64,000 bases of DNA from Puniceicoccales bacterium (lineage in GTDB: Bacteria > Verrucomicrobiota > Verrucomicrobiia > Opitutales > JAIRLM01), in contig JAIRLM010000025.1 in the NCBI GenBank assembly GCA_031259325.1, forward strand, positions 612 through 64,611, in the 5' to 3' direction. Shown here one piece after another: positions 44,330 to 55,753 of the stretch (positions within the stretch are counted from its first letter, which is position 1; each line of letters begins with the position of its first letter). The notes beneath the pieces were generated by a model. That model was not told the origin of the DNA and made no database searches. It worked only from the letters and a program-made list of their open reading frames with translations. The translations under genes and the position numbers were made by a program.

Positions 44330-47300
44330 CTAGATTTTGTCGATTTCTTCCTCTTGAAGCTGAATCTTCATTGGAATTTTTTCTTCTCTGTCAAACACGC
44401 CAATGGTCTCCACTTCCTCGCCAACGACGAGTGTGACCGGCCGCAGGCGATTGTACTTGGGAAGCCCCGTGCCCGCGGGAATAACGTGCCCGATGATGAC
44501 ATTTTCTTTAAACCCATTGAGCGGATCCTTACGTCCTAGAGTCGCAGCATCGGTGAGCACGCGCGTGGTTTCCTGGAAGGAAGCGGCGGAAATAAAGCTG
44601 TTGGTTTCCAGGGACGCCTTTGTAATTCCAAGCAGAACCGGGTCCGCATCCGCGGGCTGTCCACCGGCCTCTAGAATCTTTTCGTTGATATCCTGCAATA
44701 CAAACCGGTCCAGCTGATCCCCCCAAAGGAAATCCGTGTCCCCCGGCGCAGTGATGCACACCCGGCGTAACATGCGCGCCAGAATGACCTCTATGTGCTT
44801 GTCGTTGATGGTGATGCCCTGGGTGCGGTATACCTTTTGAATCTCCCGCAGCAGGTACTCGAAAACGGCGAACATGCCCATCACCTCCAAAACTTCGTGG
44901 GGATCCGCCATGCCTCCGGATAAAAATTGCCCCTTGGTGACGAAATCTCCCTCTTGCACGATAATCTGCTTAGTGAGCGGAACCAGATGCTCCTCCTTCT
45001 GCTCCGTTTCCGGGTCGGTCACGATGACCCGCCGCTTATTCCGAACAGTACCACCAAAAGACACATAGCCGCTGAGTCGAACGAGCTCGGCAACGTCCTT
45101 GGGTCGACGGGCTTCGAAGAGTTCCGCCACGCGCGGGAGTCCGCCGGTGATGTCCTGCGTGCGTGATGCGGCCCGGGTCATTTTGGCCAGGAGCGTTCCG
45201 GCATCGATGATATCCCCGTCCTCCACGGAAAGTTGGGCGTTTGTCGGGATGTGATATACGGCGACCACGTGCCCCTCCTGGGCCGCGTAACGGTTACCCT
45301 CCAGGGCACAGACTTCGATGGACGGGTTAAAATCGTCCTTGTGCTCGATGATCATGGTGACGCCGCCGCCGCCGCTTACCTCGTCCCGCTTGATGGTGAC
45401 GCCGGGAATCATGTCTTTAAAGCGCACGCGCCCAGCTTTTTTCGACAAAATCGGCATGTGATGGGCGTCCCAGGCGGCGAGAATTTGGTCCTTCTTCACG
45501 GCTTCCCCGTCTCGAACAAACAGCACGGAGCCAATGACGATGTTGAAAGATTCCAATTCCCGGCCGTTGCCGTCGACAATGCTCAGCACGCCCGTTTTGT
45601 TAAGGACGATGATGGTTCCGTTGGCCGTTTCCACGTGGCCGATGTCCTTCCACCGGACGGTTCCCTCGGATTTCGCGCGATATTGGGGATTCTTGAGCAT
45701 CTGGCTGGCCACACCACCCATTTGGAAGTTTTTCATGGTCAGCTGCGTTCCCGGTTCGCCGATGGATTGCGCCGCAATGATGCCGATGGCCGTACCCTCT
45801 TCGACCATCTTGTTGGTGGACAGATCGATTCCGTAGGCCTTGGCGGGGATCCCATCGCGGGTCATGTGTGTCAACGGGGACATCACCTTAACGCGCTCTA
45901 TGCCAATTTCTTGTATGCGCTTCGCCACGTCGTTGGTGATGAGATTGCCCGCGGCGACCAAAACCTCATCCGGACGATTGGGATTAACCACATCCTCGCT
46001 GCTGCACCGGCCGGCAATGCGCTCCTCCAACGACATGATTTCCTGGTCCCCCTCCATCAGTGCCTGTTTCCAAACGCCGTTCCGATTGCCGTCGTCATGC
46101 TCGGTGATCACGCAGTCCATGGCCACGTCACAGAGTTTACGGGTCATGTACCCGGCGTCGGCGGTTTTAAGTGCCACATCGGCAAGACCCTTGCGAGCGC
46201 CATGGGTGGATATGAAGTAGTCTAGCGAAGAAAGCCCCTCCCGGAAAGACGCCAGAACCGGCCGTTCGATGATTTCCCCGGACGGTTTGGCCATGAGCCC
46301 GCGCATGCCGCAGAGCTGCCGGACCTGCTGCCGATTACCCCGGGCACCGGAATCGATCATGAGAAAAATGGGGTTAATTTCGTCGTCGTTTTTACTTCCG
46401 CTGAGGTCGGCGTAAACGGTGTTTGCAATTTCGTCGGTGGCGCTTGTCCAAATGTCGATGATTTTGTTATAGCGCTCGCCGCTGGTGATAACGCCGCTGG
46501 AGTACTGCTTGTCGACCTCATCCACCCGCTTTTTGGCGACTTCTATGAGCCGCTCCTTGTTTTCCGGAACAACCATATCCTCGACGCCCACGGACGCACC
46601 AGATTCCATGGCCATGCGGAATCCCAAATCCTTAAGCTTGTCCAACAACTCCACAAGTGCGTGTCGGCCAACGGTTTTGTGTGCGGCCATGATTACTTCG
46701 CCCAATTTCGCCTTGGCCACGGGACAATTGACAAAACCCATGCGATCGGGGAAAATGGAATTGAAAATGACCCGGCCGGCGGTCGTGGTGATAACTCGGC
46801 TCTTGGAATCACCGTAACGTGTTTCCTGGTCATAGTCTGGGTTAATTATGTGGATCCAGTCGTGCTTCCGCAAACGTCCTTCGGCAAGCGCTAAAAACAC
46901 CTCGTCCTTGTTCGCTATGAGCGGGATATGGGCGCCGTTTTGTCCCGGCGCATGCGATGGCTCAACGGTCAAATAGTACGCGCCCAACACGATGTCCTGC
47001 GACGGTGTCATAATTGGCTTACCACTCGAGGGCGAAAGAATGTTAAGCGTGCTCATCATGAGCAACTTGCACTCCATGGTGGCCTCAATGGATAGGGGTA
47101 CGTGCACGGCCATCTGGTCACCATCGAAGTCCGCGTTGAACGCCGTGCAAACCAGGGGATGCAGACGAATGGCCTCGCCTTCAATGAGAATAGGGTCAAA
47201 GGCCTGAATGGACAGGCGGTGCAGGGTTGGCGCACGATTGAGCAGAACCGGATGGCCGCGCATGACTTCGTCAAGGATATCCCACACCTCCGGAGATTGT

Positions 47301-48526
47301 CGCTCGATGAACTTGCGAGCACTGCGTACGGTGTGAACGAAGCCCAGCTCCTTCAGCCGGCGGATAATAAAGGGTTCAAATAAAACCAGAGCCATTTTTT
47401 GGGGAAGGCCACACTGGTTAAGTTTCAGCGTGGGACCGATGACGATGACCGAGCGGCCGCTGTAATCCACGCGCTTTCCCAAAAGATTCTGCCGGAAGCG
47501 CCCTTGCTTGCCCTTAAGCATATCGCTGATGGATTTTAGCGGCCGATTGCCCGTACCCTGTACCGGTCGCGACTGGCGACTGTTGTCGAAAAGGGCATCC
47601 ACCGCTTCCTGCAACATGCGCATTTCGTTGTGAATGATCACATCCGGCGTTTTGAGCTGCATCAAATTTTTCAAGCGATTGTTACGGTTAATCACCCGTC
47701 TGTAAAGGTCATTCAGGTCGCTTGTGGCAAATCGTCCGCCATCCAGCGGGACCAAAGGACGCAAATCCGGTGGAATCACGGCAAGCACCTCCAAGATCAT
47801 CCACCCCGGTGACGTTCCGGTTTGTAAAAATGAAGTGATTAACTTCAGCCGTTTGGTCAGTTTCTTTTTAAGCTGTACGGATCTGGTGGCTTTAATCAGC
47901 TTTTCCAGTTCGTCCGCCGATTGTGCCATGTCCATGGAATTCAAAATTTCCCTAAGCGCTCCGGCTCCCATCTCGGCAACAAAAGCGTCCTCGCCATACT
48001 GGTCCTGCGCCTTGGCGAATTCCGCTTCCGAAAGCAATTGACGCGGATTCAGCGGCGTTGTTCCCGGGTCAATGACAATATAGCACTCGTAATAAACAAC
48101 GCGTTCCAAGTCCTTCAGCGTCATATCAAGGAAAAGGGCGAGGCGGCTGGGCAGGTTTTTAAAAAACCAAATATGGGCAACGGGAACGGCCAATTCGATG
48201 TGTCCCATGCGCTCCCGGCGGACCTTTGACTGGGTCACCTCAACGCCGCAACGCTCACAGATTACGTCCTTGTATTTCATGCGCTTATACTTGCCGCAGG
48301 CGCACTCGTAGTCGTGGACGGGTCCAAAGATGCGCTGACAAAAAAGCCCCCCCGGCTCCGGCCGAAAGGTGCGATAGTTGATGGTTTCTGGGCTTTTAAT
48401 TTCTCCGCTTGACCAGGACCGGATCACATCCGGAGATGCAATTGAAAGGCTAACACTATCGAAAATGTGCTCCCGATCGAAACCCACTGCCGCCATCGCT
48501 TCTTGATTATTGTGATTGTATTGCAT
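44330..48526 (-). CDS. rpoC: DNA-directed RNA polymerase subunit beta'
   Basis: 1398 aa. Zn-binding [23 protein letters not shown]; catalytic [12 protein letters not shown]; trigger-loop and bridge-helix regions. Confidence 0.98.
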   Translation of the reverse strand: MQYNHNNQEAMAAVGFDREHIFDSVSLSIASPDVIRSWSSGEIKSPETINYRTFRPEPGGLFCQRIFGPVHDYECACGKYKRMKYKDVICERCGVEVTQSKVRRERMGHIELAVPVAHIWFFKNLPSRLALFLDMTLKDLERVVYYECYIVIDPGTTPLNPRQLLSEAEFAKAQDQYGEDAFVAEMGAGALREILNSMDMAQSADELEKLIKATRSVQLKKKLTKRLKLITSFLQTGTSPGWMILEVLAVIPPDLRPLVPLDGGRFATSDLNDLYRRVINRNNRLKNLMQLKTPDVIIHNEMRMLQEAVDALFDNSRQSRPVQGTGNRPLKSISDMLKGKQGRFRQNLLGKRVDYSGRSVIVIGPTLKLNQCGLPQKMALVLFEPFIIRRLKELGFVHTVRSARKFIERQSPEVWDILDEVMRGHPVLLNRAPTLHRLSIQAFDPILIEGEAIRLHPLVCTAFNADFDGDQMAVHVPLSIEATMECKLLMMSTLNILSPSSGKPIMTPSQDIVLGAYYLTVEPSHAPGQNGAHIPLIANKDEVFLALAEGRLRKHDWIHIINPDYDQETRYGDSKSRVITTTAGRVIFNSIFPDRMGFVNCPVAKAKLGEVIMAAHKTVGRHALVELLDKLKDLGFRMAMESGASVGVEDMVVPENKERLIEVAKKRVDEVDKQYSSGVITSGERYNKIIDIWTSATDEIANTVYADLSGSKNDDEINPIFLMIDSGARGNRQQVRQLCGMRGLMAKPSGEIIERPVLASFREGLSSLDYFISTHGARKGLADVALKTADAGYMTRKLCDVAMDCVITEHDDGNRNGVWKQALMEGDQEIMSLEERIAGRCSSEDVVNPNRPDEVLVAAGNLITNDVAKRIQEIGIERVKVMSPLTHMTRDGIPAKAYGIDLSTNKMVEEGTAIGIIAAQSIGEPGTQLTMKNFQMGGVASQMLKNPQYRAKSEGTVRWKDIGHVETANGTIIVLNKTGVLSIVDGNGRELESFNIVIGSVLFVRDGEAVKKDQILAAWDAHHMPILSKKAGRVRFKDMIPGVTIKRDEVSGGGGVTMIIEHKDDFNPSIEVCALEGNRYAAQEGHVVAVYHIPTNAQLSVEDGDIIDAGTLLAKMTRAASRTQDITGGLPRVAELFEARRPKDVAELVRLSGYVSFGGTVRNKRRVIVTDPETEQKEEHLVPLTKQIIVQEGDFVTKGQFLSGGMADPHEVLEVMGMFAVFEYLLREIQKVYRTQGITINDKHIEVILARMLRRVCITAPGDTDFLWGDQLDRFVLQDINEKILEAGGQPADADPVLLGITKASLETNSFISAASFQETTRVLTDAATLGRKDPLNGFKENVIIGHVIPAGTGLPKYNRLRPVTLVVGEEVETIGVFDREEKIPMKIQLQEEEIDKI

Positions 48527-48571
48527 AGAGCCCCCGTCGATGTAAATTATTTGTCGCGAAACATTTGATCA

Positions 48572-51500
48572 TCACCGCGCATTTGGATTGTAGTCGTCGA
48601 TAATTTCCTCGTGTAACTTCATATCCAATCCCAATCCTTGGATTTCCTTAACCAGCACGTTGAACGACTGCGGTATCCCCGCGCGCAGGGTCCTATCTCC
48701 TTTGACAATCGCCTCATAGGTTGCCGTCCGTCCCTGCACGTCGTCGGATTTCACTGTGAGTAACTCCTGCAAGCAATAGGCGGCGCCATAGGCTTCCAGC
48801 GCCCAGACTTCCATTTCCCCGAAGCGCTGCCCGCCGTACTGCGCTTTTCCACCGAGTGGCTGCTGGGTAATGAGACTGTAGGGCCCAACCGCGCGCGCGT
48901 GCATCTTGTCCGCCACCAAGTGGTTGAGCTTCATCATGTACATGGAGCCCACACAAACCCGTTGGTCAAAACGTTCCCCCGTGCGACCATCGTAGAGATG
49001 GACCTTTCCCGATTGGGGCAGTCCTGCCTGGGAAACGATTTCGGCAATTTGCTCCTCCGTGGCCCCGTCGAAAACGGGCGTGGCCACTTTAATGCCAAGT
49101 TTTTGACACGCCCATCCCAATTGTGCCTCCAGGACCTGTCCGACATTCATGCGCGCCGGCACCCCAAGGGGGTTTAATACCACATCCACCGGAGTTCCAT
49201 CCTCCAAAAACGGCATATCCTCCGCGGCAACGATGCGGGAAACGATGCCCTTATTTCCGTGCCGGCCGGCCATTTTGTCACCGACCTGGATCCTTCTTTT
49301 GGCGGCGATGTAAATTTTGGCATTGTTGACCGTATCGCCCATGTTGAACTCGCCGCTTTCAACGGCCTTCAACTGCGCGTTACATTCCCGAGTCATCTGG
49401 TCGAATTTACGTTGAAAGGTTTGAACTATTTCACCAATGCGAACCTTCACCGGAGACTCGTCGATGGAAATTTTGCTCGAGACATTGGCGATTTTGCGCA
49501 ACAGCGTCTTGGTAATTTTGCGATTGGCCCCGATGAGAATTTCGCCGGTTTCGCCATTGCGGATGTCCAACGGAATTTTTTCGCCCAGAAGCACGTTGGA
49601 CAGTGCCTCGGTCAGACTCTCGCGCACCTCATCCATTTGCTTGCGGAAGTCCTCATTTACTTTTTTTGTCTGCCGGCGGATCTCTGTTGCGCTGAGTAAC
49701 TCCCGATCCCGCGCGCTACGTCCGGAGACCTTCACGTCCATAACGATACCGTAGCACCCGGAAGGCGCGATTAGGGAGGTGTCCTTGACGTCCGCCGCTT
49801 TTTCGCCAAAAATGGCTCGCAGTAACTTTTCCTCCGGCGCCAGGTCCGTTTCGCTTTTCGGCGTAACCTTTCCCACGAGAATATCCCCGGGCCGCACCTC
49901 GGATCCAATGCGAATGATGCCGTCGCGATTTAGATTCCGCAGCGCCTCGTCCCCCACATTTGGAATATCCCGCGTAATTTCCTCCTGGCCCAGCTTCGTA
50001 TCCTGCGCGGTGACCTCAAAGACCTCAATGTGGACAGAAGTAAAAACATCGTCCTTTAGCATCCGCTCGTTGAGGAGAATGGCGTCCTCATAGGTATATC
50101 CGTTCCATGGCATAAAGGCCACTAGTACATTGCGACCGAGTGCCAATTCGCCATCTTCCGTTGACGCCCCATCGGCGAGGAGATCCCCCTCTTTAACTTG
50201 TTGTCCGACAATCACCCGTGGATGCTGGTTAAAGCAGGTCGCCGCGTTGGAGCGCAAAAACTTACGCAAACGGTAGTAATCAACGCCGGGGAAAGCTGAT
50301 GCGTCACGTTCCTCAAAGTCTTTCGGAAGCTTCCCGTCCCTTGTGATAATAATCCTTTGAGCATCGACGGAGGCGACAATCCCCGGCCGTTTGGCCAAAA
50401 TCACAACCTTGGAGTCATGGGCGACCTTTTTTTCAATGCCCGTGCCCACCACCGGTGCCTCGGAAACGAGCAGTGGCACCGCCTGCCGTTGCATGTTAGA
50501 ACCCATGAGCGCGCGGCTGGTATCGTCGTGTTCCAAAAATGGAATTAGGCTGGTTGCGACGGAAACCAGCTGTCTGGACGATACGTCCATGTGCGTCACC
50601 TCCGCGGCATTCACCTCTAAAATTTGATCGCGAAAACGAACGGTCACCCGGCCTTTGAGTTTTCCCTTTTCGTCAACGGTCGCGTTGGCCTGAGCAATTT
50701 TAAAATTTTCCTCCTGATCCGCGTTAAGATAAACGATTTCTTCGGTTACCACGCCTTTTTTAACCACACAATAGGGGGATTCAATGAACCCGAATTCATT
50801 TATCCGCGCGTAGGTACTCATGGAATTGATAAGACCAATATTGGGCCCTTCCGGGGACTCAATCGGACAAATGCGGCCGTAGTGCGAGGTATGTACGTCG
50901 CGTACATCCAATCCGGCGCGCTCCCGGCTCAATCCACCAGGACCGAGGGCAGAAATGCGCCGCTTGTGGGCCACTTCGGAAAGCGGGTTGATTTGATCCA
51001 TCAGCTGTGACAGCTGACTGCGGGCAAAAAAATCGCGGATGGATGCCATCATCAACTTGGGGTTGAGCAATTTTTGCGGCGTAATGGAGTCCACGCTCTG
51101 GTCGCAAAGGCCCATGCACTCCTTTGTATGCCGCTCCATGCGCGATAGGCCCGAGTGGCACTGGTTTGCGACCAATTCCCCCACGCTTCGGATGCGCCGA
51201 TTGCCCAGATGGTCAATGTCATCCACACGGCATTCGCCGAGGCGAATTTTGAAAAGATATTTCAGCGCGGCAACGACGTCTTCCGAAGAAACCAAACGGT
51301 CATCCACCGGGCGATTTAATCCCAATTTTTGATTGAGTTTATAGCGGCCGACCCGGTCCAAATCATAGCGGCGCGGGTCTCTAAACAACCTTTTGAGAAG
51401 GCCCTGAGCATTGGCCAGCGTGGGTGGCTCCCCCGGGCGCAGGCGCATGTAAAATTCTATGAGCGCTTCCTCGGTGTTTTTCGTGGTGTCCTTTTTAAGC

Positions 51501-52354
51501 GTACGGATGAAAAGGCCATTGTCCGAAGAAATATCGACTACGGTGACCGTTGAAATCTCCGCTTGAACAAAACTGCGTAAACCCGTGACGGTCAACGATT
51601 CGTATATACGCGCCAGGACAATCCCCTGGTTCGCGTCAACCACGTCATCGCCGAGGATGAGATTGGAAAGGTCCTCCTGTGCCAATAAATCCGCAACGGA
51701 CCGGGATTCCACCGGATAAAAAAGATTTAAAATGTCCATGTCCGAACTGTGGCCCAGTGCGCGCAAAAAAGTTGAGGCCAAGAATTTACGCCTCCTCCGG
51801 CGCCGGTCCAGGTAGACGTAAATGAGATCATAGGGATCGAATTGCATTTCGATCCAGGTGCCGCGGTTGGGGATGATGCGCGCGGCAAAAAGTTGTTTCC
51901 CGCTCACGTGCTCCTCCTCTTCGAAGCTAACCCCCGCCGTGCGATGGAGTTGGCTTACGACCACCCGCTCGGCGCCATTGATGACAAATGAGCCACGGTC
52001 GGTCATCAGCGGCAAATCGCCAAATGATACCTCCTCCGTGCGATCAATGCCCTCCTCGGTCAAGCGGAGGGTAACATAAAGTCCTCCAGCGTAGGTAGTC
52101 CCCTCGCGAAGACAGAAAGTCTCGGAAAATTTCGGCGGGGCTATGCGATAAGAAATATACTCCAAACGACACCGGGTGTCATAGCTTTCGATGGGGAAGG
52201 ACTCGCGGAAAACAGCCTCAAGGCCTTGAACTGCACGCTTTTCCGGCGCAACATCCAATTGCAAAAAACTACTGTAAGAATCAATCTGAACCTTAATATA
52301 GTTGGGTATCTCAATTACCTCTTGCAGCTTTCCAAGATTCTTGCGCTCGGACAT
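48572..52354 (-). CDS. rpoB: DNA-directed RNA polymerase subunit beta
   Basis: 1260 aa. Motifs ...FFARSQLSQLMDQINPLSEVAHKRRISALGPGGL..., GDKMAGRHGNKGIVS, QRFGEMEVWALEAYGAAY. Confidence 0.98.
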   Translation of the reverse strand: MSERKNLGKLQEVIEIPNYIKVQIDSYSSFLQLDVAPEKRAVQGLEAVFRESFPIESYDTRCRLEYISYRIAPPKFSETFCLREGTTYAGGLYVTLRLTEEGIDRTEEVSFGDLPLMTDRGSFVINGAERVVVSQLHRTAGVSFEEEEHVSGKQLFAARIIPNRGTWIEMQFDPYDLIYVYLDRRRRRRKFLASTFLRALGHSSDMDILNLFYPVESRSVADLLAQEDLSNLILGDDVVDANQGIVLARIYESLTVTGLRSFVQAEISTVTVVDISSDNGLFIRTLKKDTTKNTEEALIEFYMRLRPGEPPTLANAQGLLKRLFRDPRRYDLDRVGRYKLNQKLGLNRPVDDRLVSSEDVVAALKYLFKIRLGECRVDDIDHLGNRRIRSVGELVANQCHSGLSRMERHTKECMGLCDQSVDSITPQKLLNPKLMMASIRDFFARSQLSQLMDQINPLSEVAHKRRISALGPGGLSRERAGLDVRDVHTSHYGRICPIESPEGPNIGLINSMSTYARINEFGFIESPYCVVKKGVVTEEIVYLNADQEENFKIAQANATVDEKGKLKGRVTVRFRDQILEVNAAEVTHMDVSSRQLVSVATSLIPFLEHDDTSRALMGSNMQRQAVPLLVSEAPVVGTGIEKKVAHDSKVVILAKRPGIVASVDAQRIIITRDGKLPKDFEERDASAFPGVDYYRLRKFLRSNAATCFNQHPRVIVGQQVKEGDLLADGASTEDGELALGRNVLVAFMPWNGYTYEDAILLNERMLKDDVFTSVHIEVFEVTAQDTKLGQEEITRDIPNVGDEALRNLNRDGIIRIGSEVRPGDILVGKVTPKSETDLAPEEKLLRAIFGEKAADVKDTSLIAPSGCYGIVMDVKVSGRSARDRELLSATEIRRQTKKVNEDFRKQMDEVRESLTEALSNVLLGEKIPLDIRNGETGEILIGANRKITKTLLRKIANVSSKISIDESPVKVRIGEIVQTFQRKFDQMTRECNAQLKAVESGEFNMGDTVNNAKIYIAAKRRIQVGDKMAGRHGNKGIVSRIVAAEDMPFLEDGTPVDVVLNPLGVPARMNVGQVLEAQLGWACQKLGIKVATPVFDGATEEQIAEIVSQAGLPQSGKVHLYDGRTGERFDQRVCVGSMYMMKLNHLVADKMHARAVGPYSLITQQPLGGKAQYGGQRFGEMEVWALEAYGAAYCLQELLTVKSDDVQGRTATYEAIVKGDRTLRAGIPQSFNVLVKEIQGLGLDMKLHEEIIDDYNPNAR

Positions 52355-52472
52355 ATAACCCTTCTCTCTTTGCCTCGAAATTTAGAAAAACAACTACATT
52401 TTTATGTGGATAAAGCACCGCCGCCGGGCAGCGCATTCGGCCACCCCATACAATTAAACCCCTGTGACGGAT

Positions 52473-52856
52473 TTACTTGAGTTCGACCTTCGCGCCAACC
52501 GCTTCCAGTCTTTTCTTTATTTCCTCCGCGTCGGCCTTTGAAATGCCTTCCTTGACCGGCTTTGGGGCGCTTTCTACGAGATTCTTGCCCTCAACCAGTC
52601 CTATGCCAGTGATCGCGCGAATTTCCTTAATCACGTTGAGTTTGCTGGCGCCCGCATCCGTGAGAACAACGGTAAATTCCGACTGTTCCTCCGCCTGAGC
52701 CGCCGCCGCCGCTGGAGCCGCCGCCGCAACCGCAACCGGAGCCGCAGCACTCACCCCCCATTTTTCTTCCAATTCGTGTACCAGCGCGGCAATCTCAATC
52801 ACCGATTGTTCGCTCAGCCACTCGATAACCTGTTCTTTTGTAAGTTGACTTGTCAT
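52473..52856 (-). CDS. rplL: 50S ribosomal protein L7/L12
   Basis: Ala-rich hinge [17 protein letters not shown] and C-terminal domain [36 protein letters not shown]. Confidence 0.97.
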   Translation of the reverse strand: MTSQLTKEQVIEWLSEQSVIEIAALVHELEEKWGVSAAAPVAVAAAAPAAAAAQAEEQSEFTVVLTDAGASKLNVIKEIRAITGIGLVEGKNLVESAPKPVKEGISKADAEEIKKRLEAVGAKVELK

Positions 52857-52971
52857 TGTTTCCTCCTGGGCCCGGCTAGCGACTTATTCGTCATTTAAGA
52901 AAAATTCCTACCCGAGCTCATTATAGTTTTTTGTTTTAGTTTCAATTCCCACCATCTCCGGTGAAAGTCTA

Positions 52972-53502
52972 TTAGCCAGCTTGCCGCTTTTCCCCGTAGG
53001 CATTTAGCAGCTGCACAAAACTTTGCGCCGCCGCGTTGCAAACCGCCAAAAATTGCTGGAGCGCCGTCTGCAGCAAGGAAAGCATTTGTGCGCGGAGTAC
53101 GTCCAGGGACGGCAACTTGGACAGGGCCAGGATGTCATTCGGATGGAGAACGCGCGCACCCAAGCGCCCCCATTTGATGGATAATTTGCCCTCCTTCTCC
53201 GAATCGGACATGAAGGCATCCAACACCTTCGCCACACCCGATGGATTCTTCCCGCCGCTGACGATAGCCGTCGTGCCCTTGAGCACTCCCAGGTCTATTT
53301 CTGGAAGCTGGGCCTCCTTTGCCGCCAGCTGCAAAGTGGAATTTTTTACCACGTGGTATTCCGCCGCCTCGTTGCGCAACGCCTTCCGCAACTCGGCCAC
53401 GTCACCGACGGTTAGCCGGTCGAAACCGGTCACGTAGAGATAATCCGATTTTTCGATGTGTTCGCGGACTTCCTCCGTCAAAAATTTCTTTTCCTCGCGC
53501 AT
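52972..53502 (-). CDS. rplJ: 50S ribosomal protein L10
   Basis: ATG at 53502 with an AGGAGG SD, just after the rplA stop (MREEKKFLTEEVREHIEKSDYLYVTGFDRLTVGDVAELRKAL...). Confidence 0.95.
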   Translation of the reverse strand: MREEKKFLTEEVREHIEKSDYLYVTGFDRLTVGDVAELRKALRNEAAEYHVVKNSTLQLAAKEAQLPEIDLGVLKGTTAIVSGGKNPSGVAKVLDAFMSDSEKEGKLSIKWGRLGARVLHPNDILALSKLPSLDVLRAQMLSLLQTALQQFLAVCNAAAQSFVQLLNAYGEKRQAG

Positions 53503-53518
53503 GATTCCATTCCTCCTT

Positions 53519-54211
53519 TTATGCGGCAAACAGAGCCCGCGTTTCCAATGCGATGGAAGGGCTCATAGTGGATGAAAGCGCCGCAGATTTGACGAACACC
53601 CCCTTCGCCGCCGCCGGGCGTGCCCGTGCCAACGCGGCGAGTGCCTCGTTGATGTTAGTTTCCAGCGCCTCCTTCGCAAAGGAACGCTTGCCAACAGTGA
53701 TGGCCACATTGGCCGTCTTGTCCATTTTGAATTCGCAACGGCCCGCCAGCACGTCCTTGATAATACTCACGATATCATCGCCCACCGTCCCTGATTTTGG
53801 ACTCGGCATCAAACCCTTGGGTCCGAGAATCTTCGCCACCGAACGCACCTCCTTCATGGCGGCCGTGGTCGCAACGGCCACGTCAAAATCACACCAACCG
53901 CCTTCGATTCGTGCAATCAAATCATTCAGCCCCGCGTGGGCCGCGCCGGCCTCCAAAGCCACTTCGGGACTTCCCGTAAACGCCACGACCCTAAGCGTTT
54001 TGCCGTTCCCGTGGGGCAACTTCACGATGCCGCGCACCATCTGATCGCCCTGTTTTGGATCCACATCTAAATGGAAAGACAGCTCCACCGTTTCGTCAAA
54101 TTTGGCCCTTGGCATGCGCAGTAGACGATCAACCGCCGCACCAATGCCATGGGCCACCTGCAATTCCTTTTCATCGCCACTCGCCCGGTAACGTTTACTT
54201 CGCTTCTTCAT
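53519..54211 (-). CDS. rplA: 50S ribosomal protein L1
   Basis: ATG at 54211 with a GGGAGG SD (MKKRSKRYRASGDEK...ETVELSFHLDVDPKQGDQMVRG...). Confidence 0.96.
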   Translation of the reverse strand: MKKRSKRYRASGDEKELQVAHGIGAAVDRLLRMPRAKFDETVELSFHLDVDPKQGDQMVRGIVKLPHGNGKTLRVVAFTGSPEVALEAGAAHAGLNDLIARIEGGWCDFDVAVATTAAMKEVRSVAKILGPKGLMPSPKSGTVGDDIVSIIKDVLAGRCEFKMDKTANVAITVGKRSFAKEALETNINEALAALARARPAAAKGVFVKSAALSSTMSPSIALETRALFAA

Positions 54212-54226
54212 TTTGCCTCCCAAAAC

Positions 54227-54655
54227 TCACTCGGTTACCGTAATTCCCATGTTACGCGCCGTGCCAGCGATCATCCGCATGGCGGCCTCCTCATCGCCCG
54301 TGTTCAAATCTGCCTTCTTAATGCGGGCAATTTCGCGCACCTGCTTGCTCGTCACGGACCCCACCTTGTTCTTATTGGATGCCCCGGAGCCTTTGCTCAC
54401 GTTGGCCATCTTCTTAAGGAGAACGGACGCCGGCGGGGACTTGAGCTCAAAGGTGAAGGACTTATCCGCGTAAACCGATATGACCACGGGAAGAATAATA
54501 CCCCCCTGATCGCTGGTTTTTGCGTTAAATTCCTTGCAGAAGCCCATGATGTTCACGCCCGCCGCACCCAGCGCCGGACCCACCGGTGGAGCGGGATTGG
54601 CAGCACCGGCCGGCAACTGCAACTTGACCACCTTAACTACCTTCTTCTTAGCCAT
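54227..54655 (-). CDS. rplK: 50S ribosomal protein L11
   Basis: [47 protein letters not shown]... Confidence 0.97.
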   Translation of the reverse strand: MAKKKVVKVVKLQLPAGAANPAPPVGPALGAAGVNIMGFCKEFNAKTSDQGGIILPVVISVYADKSFTFELKSPPASVLLKKMANVSKGSGASNKNKVGSVTSKQVREIARIKKADLNTGDEEAAMRMIAGTARNMGITVTE

Positions 54656-54661
54656 TTTCGC

Positions 54662-55210
54662 TTACACTTCCTTTTTTACAATCTGCCAAAATTCCAAATC
54701 CACTGGCGTCAGACGCCCAAAAAGCCCAACCAGCACGCACACATTCCCCGCCTGCTCGTCCATAGTGCTAATCTCGCCCTCGGATCCCGCGAACGGACCA
54801 TCGGTGACCTTCACTAGCATGCCAACGGAATAATTATTTTTAAACTTCTCCGACTTCTCCCCGACCTCCGTTTGATGGACGATCAGGTCGATGTCCTTTT
54901 GCTTCATTGTCAATGGCTTTTCGCCGCCCAAAAATCCGAGCACGCCCGTGGTCGACCGGATAAATTGCCAGAGCCCGTGGCGCAGTTCGCCGCTTTCATC
55001 ATAGAGATCCAACTCGACGAACAGGTAACCCGGGTATAATTTCTTGATGCGCGTGCATTTACGCCCGTTGCGGATTTCGCTGATTTTTTCAATGGGGAAC
55101 AAAATTTGCCCGACCAAGGACGCCATGCCGAGGCGCACCACCCCTTTGCCGATAGATTCCCGCACGCGCGCCTCGTATCCAGCCGTGACCTGGAGCGTAT
55201 ACCAATGCAT
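54662..55210 (-). CDS. nusG: transcription termination/antitermination factor NusG
   Basis: MHWYTLQVTAGYEARVRESI... (NGN domain) and a KOW motif (VKVTDGPFAGSEGEIS). The start is uncertain: ATG 55210 is chosen, ATG 55273 or GTG 55297 are possible. Confidence 0.9.
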   Translation of the reverse strand: MHWYTLQVTAGYEARVRESIGKGVVRLGMASLVGQILFPIEKISEIRNGRKCTRIKKLYPGYLFVELDLYDESGELRHGLWQFIRSTTGVLGFLGGEKPLTMKQKDIDLIVHQTEVGEKSEKFKNNYSVGMLVKVTDGPFAGSEGEISTMDEQAGNVCVLVGLFGRLTPVDLEFWQIVKKEV

Positions 55211-55338
55211 GGGGCTACCACCCGAAGCATTTGCTACGGTGCCACCCTCCTCGCACTGACACGCCTCATCCATTTTACACCACTCTCCACCCGGCACATC
55301 CCCAGGGGGAATAGGCCGAGAACCCTTTAATCATCAAC

Positions 55339-55530
55339 TTAACGCACCATATCCAACAGCAAACTTACTACCTGAAACAGGGAAAAATCCACCACCGCCA
55401 CATACACGCCGATGAACACCGTCCCAGCAAGTACAACCAAAGACGACCGGACCAAATCCTCCCTGGTCGGCCAGCTCGTTTTTTTTAACTCCCTCGCCGT
55501 TTCCGCAAAAAAACTGATCACTTTCCCCAT
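55339..55530 (-). CDS. secE: preprotein translocase subunit SecE
   Basis: 63 aa: ...FFAETARELKKTSWPTREDLVRSSLVVLAGTVFIGVYVAVVD. It lies between tRNA-Trp and nusG. Confidence 0.93.
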   Translation of the reverse strand: MGKVISFFAETARELKKTSWPTREDLVRSSLVVLAGTVFIGVYVAVVDFSLFQVVSLLLDMVR

Positions 55531-55564
55531 CGCCTATGACATTCCCGTGACAAAACCCACAAAC

Positions 55565-55640
55565 TGGCAGGGGAAGAGGGTCTCGAACCCCCAACCTGCG
55601 GTTTTGGAGACCGCTGCTCTACCAATTGAGCTATTCCCCT
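55565..55640 (-). tRNA. tRNA-Trp (anticodon CCA), CCA encoded
   Basis: The reverse complement reads AGGGGAATAGCTCAATTGGTAGAGCAGCGGTCTCCAAAACCGCAGGTTGGGGGTTCGAGACCCTCTTCCCCTGCCA. Acceptor AGGGGAA/TTCCCCT; anticodon loop CTCCAAA. Confidence 0.93.
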
Positions 55641-55753
55641 AGCGGCTTATCGACATCTCTTCAAGTTTGGATTTGAGAAGAGAGCAAGGAAATTTTACAG
55701 AAAGTTTCAAAAATTCGCCAAATACACAAAAGACCCACCTCAACCAATTGATG

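Noticed and set aside
45233-46225. A 330-aa plus-strand ORF. Many similar long plus-strand ORFs occur, e.g. 29813..30541, 32088..32720, 41342..41932, 42050..42697, 43260..43943 and 50624..51010.
   Set aside because: They lie antisense to unmistakable conserved genes (rpoC, map, rplO/rpsE, fusA, rpsG, rpoB). Their translations are low-complexity and Arg/Gly/His-rich. They are shadow ORFs typical of GC-rich coding DNA.
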